Assembly: GCA_963456355.1 (NCBI GenBank)
Contig: CAUOLK010000001.1
Span: 1-63,317 of the forward strand
Length of the DNA stretch: 63,317 bases
Direction: 5' to 3'
Source: an uncultured Candidatus Saccharibacteria bacterium
GTDB taxonomy: Bacteria > Patescibacteriota > Saccharimonadia > Saccharimonadales > Saccharimonadaceae
Shown here: positions 10,415-18,216 of the stretch, one piece after another
How positions within the stretch are numbered: the first letter of the stretch is position 1
Layout: each line of letters starts with the position of its first letter
Translations under genes and position numbers: made by a program
Notes under the pieces: generated by a model
The model's input: the letters and a program-made list of their open reading frames with translations, nothing else
The model's database searches: none
What the model was told of the DNA's origin: nothing

Positions 10415-13400
10415 ATGAATAGACAGATAAATCCGCCGGATCAGTCGGTAACAGAGGCGAGTAACACCGGTACTGATGGATGGTCAGTGGATCGTGAAGA
10501 GACTGAGCCGGTCAAAACGGCTCCGCTATCAAGACGGCTTGCCGAAGTTACTGACTCCTTTAAGTTGGCTTTTGCCAAGGTGCGGACCTCAAGACAGCTG
10601 AAGCTGATCGACAGGACGCTCGATGACACTCAGCCACATGGGTCGAGGAACGGTCAGCTTGGAGCCTTGCTTGACCGTCTAGCTCCTAGGACTAATCGTG
10701 ATGAGCCGGAGAGGTATCGTCAGCTTAATCAGCTGGTCGATCAGGGCAAGCTGGATCTAGGAAACGAGCAGGTGCTTGATGAATACTTACGGCGAATTAG
10801 CCTAGCTCATGACAATACGGCTGTAGCCGAGAACCGCCGGTTCGTTACCGATTTGATTGGGCAAGGCAAGATTGATCTGTCTAACCGAGAGGTCTCCAGG
10901 GGATATCTAAAGATTGCTCCATCTGACGACAATACAGCAGCTTCTGAGCGTCCGGGGGCGAGGAGGGCGATTAATACCGGCAAGCTTGACCTCTCTAATG
11001 ATCAGACGGTAGATGATTTCCTTGACTCAGTTGGTGGGCACTACACCTTTGATGCGAACGGCTTTTTAGAGGGGCTCAATATTCCGATGGAGAAGATAGC
11101 CGGTAATGAGCATATCAAGCAGCTGGCCGTCAATTGGTTGGAAGATATGGCGGGGTGTACTCATCTGGATGATAGCTATCCGTTGAGTACAGAAGATTTG
11201 TTAGTCAAGGATTCGCACTTGTTTGACATATTAGAGGAGATCAGTGCGAGCGATGATGGCAAAAAACTCTTAGTGAACGCCGTCAATCGTTCGGGCAAGA
11301 GCATTCAGGAGTTTGGTGATTTATCGGCAAGGGCGGAAAAGGGTAATATTATACACAGGCAGTTTTATGAACGGCTTAACCGCAAGAGTAAGAAAGAAAG
11401 AGCGTTCGCCGGTAAAGTACTGTCAGACTTGACGAAGTATAATCATCTGATTAGGCGGCTGGGCTGGCAGCCACCGCAAGATGATAAGTTGTGGAGCGAA
11501 CAGCCTTTCCGCTGTGATGATTGCTCTAGCTTATCTAAGGGCATTGATGGCATGATTGGCACTCAGGACATCATTTATCAAGTAGGCTTGATTGATGGTC
11601 ATGACGTCGACCGACTATATCATTATCAGTATCGCAAGATAGATCGGATGTTTAGCCTGGGTGCAGCAGATCGGCAGTACTTCATTAGTCCAAATCTAGA
11701 ACCCAGCGGTGATGATGAGAGGGTAAATTACTGGCACGAGCAGTCAAAGTACTTGGGGGCTACCGCTATGCAGACTTGTATCGGGTGTGCTTCTGACATG
11801 GCGGAGAAGGAAGGGCTGGCAATGTCTGACCTGATAGATAAAAATGGCGCCTTAAAAGACGCCTTTTTCGAGAATTCTCCTGAGTCACTCCTGGGCCAAT
11901 TTGACGTGGCTAGTCTGCTGGATCATTACTATACACCGCTAGATAATGTACGATGCGCCCGGATAGCGGAGTTTCTCGAGGCGCATCGGGATCAGACTAA
12001 CGAGGATGATGGCGGAAGGATGCTGGTTGACTTCATTAGGAATAATCTAAAGAGCGATGACGGCACTTATGATGCCAAGGTAATTGAACAATTTCGTTAT
12101 TCTCTTGGCCCTCGTTTTGTCGCAGAGTATCAAAAATCACTAAATGGCGGGCAAGAGAAGGAGAGGTTCTACGATGAGGTATTCTTGCGATATCGTTCGG
12201 CGCATGACTGTCTCGATGCGATAATGCCCAGACTGGATCCGGACTGGCGGTCTCACTATAGTAACGCTGAGAAAGCATATTTCAAGTTCATTTCCAAGGT
12301 AAGCTCTCATGGAAATCACGATTTTAATTATGCGAACTACGTTGATGCCGATAGCGCCGGCGAGTTACGTAGAGCTACGGTTCGCTACTTTGACGCTAAT
12401 GGTCCGACAGATGAGCTAATCCGTCAGATGTTATTTAAGGATATGAATCTACTGCGCAAGTACCCGGAGCTATGTGTTAATACCGCCGGATTGTCGGACG
12501 GTGAGATGGCTCTATTTAAGTTTTGCGAGAACTATCGGGTGAATAATAGTAATATCAAGAAATGGGGGTTGAACCCGGACAATCTGCCCGACTACGTTAA
12601 TAGCTATGGCTTGACCGGCAAGCTGATTGATCAGATCCTGCTGAGTGATATCGATTTCTTACGGAAGAATCCCGATCTCCAGGCAAGGCTATCGGACGAC
12701 AAGAAGGCTCTTCTCGAGTTTTGCGAGCAGTACGGTATTGATACTGACGAGATCAAGAAGTATCAACTAACTCTTGACAACCTGGCTGACTACTTTGACG
12801 CCAATGGTCCTAAGCCGAAGTTCTGGCAAGACGCCTTTGCATCCGACGCTCACAATCTAGACTTAATTTATAAGTACTATCAGAACCAAGACGAGGCCGG
12901 TAGGGAACGGATGGGGCTGGATGACAAACAAATAGCGGTGATGGAGGGGTACGACGGCATAGACGAGGGAAATGATTGGAATAGACCTCGCCGGGTGTTT
13001 GGGTCGTATATCAATGAACATTATGACCGGCTAACCACTGACCAAATCAAACAAGTCTCGGGTATTATCGTTCGTTTGATTGACTCCAACTCCAGTGAAC
13101 TGGCGGAGCGTTCGGGAGACTTCGCTCGTGAGTTGCTCGAGTTGGATATAGACAAGATCCCCGAGGCACTGGACAGGGTGGAAGATATCTTCATCCATAA
13201 TCACTTACCATACGTCGGTAAGAATTACCTGGTCTTCCGCACTATATACTCATCCGCCAATCTGGGGGAAGACTTTGACTTTAGCTTTAGCTCGTTTAAC
13301 ACAATCAGCCCCGTCCTCCAGCAAGCCACTGGTGATATAAGGAGCGGCAAGCTGGATCAGATGCTGAATAGCCGAGATACCATCATCATCTCCGACCTGC

Positions 13401-15532
13401 TCCGAGCTTCCCTCGGCTCTAACAACCGCTCGATCAGAGAGTATCTGACCACCCTAAAGAACGGCCAAACCCTGCTTGACCAGCTAAGCTCAGGCGATCT
13501 GGATTGGGACACCTTTAACCAGCCGACTAGCCTAATGGATAAAGATACTAAGGCTAATTACGACACCCTCAGCACTTTCGCTTGGCACCTAGCCACTCTC
13601 TATAACAGTACCTTGCCCGGTAAAGAGCATCCATACCAACTGGTTCACCAACAATCTGACACAGAAGAACTGTCGACTCAACCGAACGCACTCCAAACCG
13701 ACTTCGCTAACCTGACCAGTCTCATCAAACCTAATAGCCGATACTCTTTAGCTGACCGAGCCGTTCGTTACTTTGCTCACTTCGTCGGTATCGAGGATTT
13801 AGCCGGTGCTGAGCGGTATATGGATAATGTAGTTAAGGAGGCCGATGCCAGAAACCGTCGGACTGCCGAATACCTTACTAATACAGATGAGCCCAAGCTT
13901 CAGTTGGGCGACTTAGTCAAAGATATAGGTGGAACTGATGGCTATGGTATCCGTTATCTCTCCGACATCTTTCAAAACGGCTCTATTTCCAAGGAGTACT
14001 TGGGTAACTCATCTCGTAGTGAGTCTACGCCACTTGGTACTGACATGAACGTAGTACTGCGCCAACCGCGAGGCAAGTGGGCAGTCAACCAAATCGCTGA
14101 TAATCACGGCAAGCGCATGCTGGCTGAGGTTCATGGCGGTGGTCTCTGGGCGGTGCTACGGAGTGACCAGGCTACCGGCGAGGATAGATTTATTGTTACT
14201 AGACGAGATAGGGGCGAGATTGATCAGGCTGTCTACGACCCAAATGAGCCGGACTGGACCCATAAGAGAGAAGCTCTCGCTAAGCTGGAAGCTTTTGCTA
14301 CCAGCGTGGACGGTAGCGGGCACTACGACATCCGGACCGGCTTTGGCATGGACTCAGTCGACTTCTTCGTCACTGATTCCACTCTCGTCTCCGAGATTAC
14401 TAAGCTGGAAATTGCCCTCAACGGCTTCTATATTCCGATAATCGACAGAGATAGCGAGGAACTCATCTTCACTCCGGATGACTATGACAAAATGCGCCAG
14501 CAGATGTCCGGTCTCAGTCACTACCGCACCGGTGACTACCAGTTTGCCCCGGAGGACGAACTGGAGCTTCCCCCTACCGATGTTGGTAAGACTACCATCC
14601 CTAGCACCACCGCCATTATTGACCAGCTTCCAGCCGGCATAGCTGAAACCGATCACAAGCATGAAGTGATCAATCAGGCAATCAAGCAAGCTATCACTAA
14701 TATCCCCGGTCTAAACCTCAGCTACAAGGATTATCTAGATGGTGATCTAACTGAGAACATAGTCGAGATGATTGATACCGGCTCTACCGGTAGACAGACT
14801 AACGCTCCCGGGCCGGGTGACTTTGATTACCTGGCTAGGCTGGATAGAAGCATCCTTAATGACCCAACCAAGAAGCAGCGGATCATTGATACCTTGCTGA
14901 CTGCCTTCGGCAAGGCGGATGAAATCAACGACAATACCGAGCTAAACCAAACAGGTGGCTTAAGGCGCAATGAGGACAAAGTGGGTGAGAACCAAGTAGA
15001 CAACAAAAGCGTCATAGTCAATGGCACCCTTCGCCTGAAAAGGGTATCCATTGATGGACTGACCGAACCGGTTGATATTGACATTACCCTGACCCAGAAG
15101 ACTAATAAAGTCCAGTACTCGACCGACATGGCTTTGGCTGATCGCCTAGATAATATCAAGCAACAGTCAGAAGCTAAATACCGGCAAGTCCTGGCTAACA
15201 TCATCTACGCTAAGCAATTCCTGAAAGCTGCCGGTGTCTACAAACAATGGCGTAATCCCGAGGCTAAAGGCGTCGGTGGTTTAAGCGGCGTTGGTGTTGA
15301 AAACTGGATTCTGCAGCATGGCGGCTCATTCAAACAAGCCGCTAGAGACTTCCTGGCTGCAGCAGACAGCTATCCTAAGTTTGAAGACTTCTGTGTTCAC
15401 TACCCGGTCTGGGACTATGGTGAGAACCATAAGGGTACTATGAATAAACCCCATGGTAATTTCGTTGCCGATAGTATGAACCGAGCTGGCTACAACCGGA
15501 TGAAGCAAGCTCTCAGGGTGATAGTGAGTTAG
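10415..15532 (+). CDS. 1705-aa multidomain protein: internal repeats, ART-like segment and C-terminal Pol-beta superfamily nucleotidyltransferase
   Basis: Uninterrupted ORF. DTGSTGRQTNAPGPGDFDY fits the hG[GS]..T...D.D motif, followed by VDIDI and KQFLKAAGVY...GGLSGVGVENWILQHGGSF, which resembles class I CCA-adding/OAS-type helical domains. Confidence 0.7.
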   Translation: MNRQINPPDQSVTEASNTGTDGWSVDREETEPVKTAPLSRRLAEVTDSFKLAFAKVRTSRQLKLIDRTLDDTQPHGSRNGQLGALLDRLAPRTNRDEPERYRQLNQLVDQGKLDLGNEQVLDEYLRRISLAHDNTAVAENRRFVTDLIGQGKIDLSNREVSRGYLKIAPSDDNTAASERPGARRAINTGKLDLSNDQTVDDFLDSVGGHYTFDANGFLEGLNIPMEKIAGNEHIKQLAVNWLEDMAGCTHLDDSYPLSTEDLLVKDSHLFDILEEISASDDGKKLLVNAVNRSGKSIQEFGDLSARAEKGNIIHRQFYERLNRKSKKERAFAGKVLSDLTKYNHLIRRLGWQPPQDDKLWSEQPFRCDDCSSLSKGIDGMIGTQDIIYQVGLIDGHDVDRLYHYQYRKIDRMFSLGAADRQYFISPNLEPSGDDERVNYWHEQSKYLGATAMQTCIGCASDMAEKEGLAMSDLIDKNGALKDAFFENSPESLLGQFDVASLLDHYYTPLDNVRCARIAEFLEAHRDQTNEDDGGRMLVDFIRNNLKSDDGTYDAKVIEQFRYSLGPRFVAEYQKSLNGGQEKERFYDEVFLRYRSAHDCLDAIMPRLDPDWRSHYSNAEKAYFKFISKVSSHGNHDFNYANYVDADSAGELRRATVRYFDANGPTDELIRQMLFKDMNLLRKYPELCVNTAGLSDGEMALFKFCENYRVNNSNIKKWGLNPDNLPDYVNSYGLTGKLIDQILLSDIDFLRKNPDLQARLSDDKKALLEFCEQYGIDTDEIKKYQLTLDNLADYFDANGPKPKFWQDAFASDAHNLDLIYKYYQNQDEAGRERMGLDDKQIAVMEGYDGIDEGNDWNRPRRVFGSYINEHYDRLTTDQIKQVSGIIVRLIDSNSSELAERSGDFARELLELDIDKIPEALDRVEDIFIHNHLPYVGKNYLVFRTIYSSANLGEDFDFSFSSFNTISPVLQQATGDIRSGKLDQMLNSRDTIIISDLLRASLGSNNRSIREYLTTLKNGQTLLDQLSSGDLDWDTFNQPTSLMDKDTKANYDTLSTFAWHLATLYNSTLPGKEHPYQLVHQQSDTEELSTQPNALQTDFANLTSLIKPNSRYSLADRAVRYFAHFVGIEDLAGAERYMDNVVKEADARNRRTAEYLTNTDEPKLQLGDLVKDIGGTDGYGIRYLSDIFQNGSISKEYLGNSSRSESTPLGTDMNVVLRQPRGKWAVNQIADNHGKRMLAEVHGGGLWAVLRSDQATGEDRFIVTRRDRGEIDQAVYDPNEPDWTHKREALAKLEAFATSVDGSGHYDIRTGFGMDSVDFFVTDSTLVSEITKLEIALNGFYIPIIDRDSEELIFTPDDYDKMRQQMSGLSHYRTGDYQFAPEDELELPPTDVGKTTIPSTTAIIDQLPAGIAETDHKHEVINQAIKQAITNIPGLNLSYKDYLDGDLTENIVEMIDTGSTGRQTNAPGPGDFDYLARLDRSILNDPTKKQRIIDTLLTAFGKADEINDNTELNQTGGLRRNEDKVGENQVDNKSVIVNGTLRLKRVSIDGLTEPVDIDITLTQKTNKVQYSTDMALADRLDNIKQQSEAKYRQVLANIIYAKQFLKAAGVYKQWRNPEAKGVGGLSGVGVENWILQHGGSFKQAARDFLAAADSYPKFEDFCVHYPVWDYGENHKGTMNKPHGNFVADSMNRAGYNRMKQALRVIVS
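10745..11023 (+). repeat. Three ~38-40-aa protein repeats (GKLDL.N..V...YL...DNTA)
   Basis: GKLDLGNEQVLDEYL / GKIDLSNREVSRGYL / GKLDLSNDQTVDDFL in the translation. Confidence 0.8.
12386..12811 (+). repeat. Two ~67-aa protein repeats plus the start of a third (YFDANGP...LRK.P.L...LSD...AL..FCE.Y...DNL.DY)
   Basis: Visible in the translation. TACTTTGACGC(T/C)AATGGTCC recurs at 12386 and 12791. Confidence 0.8.
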
Positions 15533-15639
15533 GTTGTAACCTTATCATTCTTCCCTCAGACGCTGACGAAGTCTTCGGTAATCCGTGATGAATCCGCCCC
15601 TCATGATTACTCTGGGCTAAAAGACCTAATTATTTATAC

Positions 15640-15915
15640 GTCTGTAATTTCCCCAGTCTCATTACTTAATCTAACTTCGATTAAAGTAAGTATTCCTAGG
15701 TACGAGTAGTACAGTGTGGTTGACGAAGGCTGTTGATATATCAGTAAGCTATCCAGTGCACGTGGTAGTTTATACAGTGCCAAGCCTGAGGAGACCACCT
15801 GTACTACTCGTGTGTTAAAGAGCTATATGTGGGGGAAATCACAGACCCTGCTCCGAACTGCAGGGTTAATTTATCGTTACGGGCTACATTGCATTACATA
15901 GTCAATGCAAGTGTA
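15640..15915. ncRNA. Candidate multi-stem structured RNA of unknown class
   Basis: Outer arms 15640-15654 and 15832-15846, hairpin 15663-15688, ~18-bp stem 15702-15720 with 15794-15811, and hairpins 15845-15866 and 15885-15915. No ORF in the track. Confidence 0.5.
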
Positions 15916-15966
15916 CTGACTCACGCTTTAATATGATATACTACTCCTGAAAGGAATTATTGATTT

Positions 15967-16926
15967 ATGAACATGCAATCATTTGCTACTGCTTTAGTGG
16001 TGGCGACATTTATCGAGACGACCTTACTAATGGTCCTCAAACTGCGTCAGCGTAACCCCAAGGTAGCTCGAGGCTCCATCCTGCTGGACACCAGCTCAAT
16101 CATGGACGGACGAATCGTCGACGTAGCTCGCTCCGGTGTGATTACGGCAGAGATTATTATTCCGCGCTCAGTGGTGCGTGAACTACAGCTATTAGCTGAC
16201 AAGGCAGATCACGATAAAAGGCTACGGGCTCGCAAGGGGCTGGATAACATCCGGGTGCTTCAGCGGATGGATGCCGTCAGCGTAGCCATCGTCAATGATG
16301 GGCTGGTCGACTCGGGCGGAGTCGATGAGCGGTTGCTTGAGCTGGCGCAAAAGTACGACGCTTCTATTGCCACCACTGACTACAACCTGAATAAGGTGGC
16401 TAAAGTTATTAACTTAACTGTAATCAACGTTAACGAACTGTCGCAAATGCTCCGAGCTCAACTGCTACCGGGTGAGCGGATAGAGGTAGAGCTAATTCAG
16501 CCGGGTGCAAATCGGGATCAGGCGGTGGGATATCTCGAGGACGGCACGATGGTGGTGGTAGAGGATGCTAAGGCGCAGATCGGTCATCGCTTGACGGTCG
16601 AGATCGTCCGTTCGCTACAAACCGAGGCGGGACGGATGATGTTTGCTAAGAAGGTGCGGACTACCGGGCAGAACGAGCCGGGTAAGTCGAAGCGAAGCGG
16701 TGACGAGGCGAGATCGACTCGGCTGACATCCGCTTTTCATTCCGATCAACTAGCCAAGAAACGACCCGGTCGTCATAATCAGCCCAAGCATATCCAGGCG
16801 AATCAGACCGACGGAAGCGATGATGATGAGGTTACAAAGAAACAGCCACGTCGTCCTCGCACGCCTCGACGTCAGTCAAACAGCACGGTTGCTGAGGCGG
16901 AGATGGTTCGACTGGCTAATAAATAA
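15967..16926 (+). CDS. PIN + TRAM domain protein (YacL-like)
   Basis: LLDTSSIMDGRI, ELQLLAD, TTDYNLNKVA and QAVGYLEDGTMVVVE. Confidence 0.9.
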   Translation: MNMQSFATALVVATFIETTLLMVLKLRQRNPKVARGSILLDTSSIMDGRIVDVARSGVITAEIIIPRSVVRELQLLADKADHDKRLRARKGLDNIRVLQRMDAVSVAIVNDGLVDSGGVDERLLELAQKYDASIATTDYNLNKVAKVINLTVINVNELSQMLRAQLLPGERIEVELIQPGANRDQAVGYLEDGTMVVVEDAKAQIGHRLTVEIVRSLQTEAGRMMFAKKVRTTGQNEPGKSKRSGDEARSTRLTSAFHSDQLAKKRPGRHNQPKHIQANQTDGSDDDEVTKKQPRRPRTPRRQSNSTVAEAEMVRLANK

Positions 16927-16929
16927 TCT

Positions 16930-18216
16930 CTAAGCTTTTCTCGGCGTTTTAGTCGGAGAACTCTTGACTTTAGGCTTGACTAGGCGAGACTTGACTGTCA
17001 ACGCCCAGGTCATAATACCGAGGCTGATGAATAGCTCAAGATACTCGGTCGGCGCTCCCGGGTTGTAGCTCCATAGATCTGCATTAAACAAATTGCCGGC
17101 TAGCACCGTTACGAAGCAGAGGAGCGATATTCCTAACCGGAGAGCCTGGTGTCTATTATCATCAGTATTGTCTAAAACGGGAGTGGTGTTCGGTTGAGGC
17201 CGAAGCCTGAGCCGGCATCTGAGCTCAGTCAACAGCAAGCAGGCTGTCGCCAAAATGATAAATAAGTTAGATGAGCAGTAGAGACCACTGTCGGACACCA
17301 GAGGGTCGCAGAAAGCGAAACCGACAGCGAAGAGCCCGACGAAACAGCCGGGTGGCAACCAGTCTATTAAGAAGTCCAGCCTAGCCTTGGGGCACTTTCG
17401 GAGCAGCTTGGTCAGACTTTCTCGCCAGAAAGCGAAGCCGATGAGCAGTAGCCAACCGCCAAAATAAAGAATATTTTGAGCGAGCTGAGTATTAATGTTG
17501 TGTAAGTTTATCTCTGACTGGGAATTAATCTCAGCTAAGAACGATGGTGTGCCCCAACCGAAAATTCGCTGTCCCCAGCTTAGCTCCTCGCCAATCATTA
17601 GCCCTAGGAGCAGAACCATGGCGATAGCTGTAATCATTGCTAAGCGTTGACGTCGCCTAAAGTAGTGACGGGCGACTTTGATAAAGGCGATGGCGGCTAC
17701 GAGCTGGCAGGCGCTCTTGATGAAGATGGCATTACGGAAAAAAGGCCACGACTCCTTGCGAACCAATAGAGCGGCGAATTGTGGGGTAGCCAGCTGGATG
17801 ACCAAGAAAACGATAGCCATCACCGGCAAGGCGATACTGAGGCGCAAGAGCCATTGACGAGCCCCGGACGACGGCTCGTGACTAGACGAAGTCAAAGTAT
17901 TACTCCAAGACGACTTGGTGGCAAGCAAGAGAAAGACGATGGCGAGAATAATAATAGCCAGGCGGTAAAAGTTGTACGGCCGAGTGAAGAGCGGCTTAGA
18001 TAGGTTTGCCTCGACCGGGAAAAGAGCTATGGTGGCAGCCGAGAAGCCAAAGGCGAGGACATAGTAAGCTGCCTGTCTAGCGGGTATTAGCTTACGTTTC
18101 CTTGCCTTATGGCTGCGCTTGGTGTCGGGGCCAATCTGCGACGGTCGATCAATGGTCTTGGTCTTAGCCCCGGTCTTCGTTTCTTTATGTGCACCTTTTT
18201 TGGTCGGCTTGGTCAT
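16930..18216 (-). CDS. Multi-pass membrane protein of unknown function
   Basis: About 10 hydrophobic helices and a GEELSWGQRIFGW...NSQSEINLHN block. Overlaps the PBP stop by 4 nt. Confidence 0.75.
   Translation of the reverse strand: MTKPTKKGAHKETKTGAKTKTIDRPSQIGPDTKRSHKARKRKLIPARQAAYYVLAFGFSAATIALFPVEANLSKPLFTRPYNFYRLAIIILAIVFLLLATKSSWSNTLTSSSHEPSSGARQWLLRLSIALPVMAIVFLVIQLATPQFAALLVRKESWPFFRNAIFIKSACQLVAAIAFIKVARHYFRRRQRLAMITAIAMVLLLGLMIGEELSWGQRIFGWGTPSFLAEINSQSEINLHNINTQLAQNILYFGGWLLLIGFAFWRESLTKLLRKCPKARLDFLIDWLPPGCFVGLFAVGFAFCDPLVSDSGLYCSSNLFIILATACLLLTELRCRLRLRPQPNTTPVLDNTDDNRHQALRLGISLLCFVTVLAGNLFNADLWSYNPGAPTEYLELFISLGIMTWALTVKSRLVKPKVKSSPTKTPRKA

Noticed and set aside
15560..15600. 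Minus-strand GGGGCGGATT as a tmRNA 5' end
   Set aside because: It lacks the following GGATTCGAC motif and a matching tRNA-like 3' end, and it would run into the large ORF.
15640..15850. Calling the structured element a retron
   Set aside because: The layout is similar, but no reverse transcriptase is encoded in the window. Kept only as a hypothesis.
14700..16926. Canonical CBASS operon (CD-NTase plus effector)
   Set aside because: No adjacent Cap effector or Cap2/Cap3 genes. The downstream PIN/TRAM gene is the usual radA neighbour, and the NTase is part of a 1705-aa protein.
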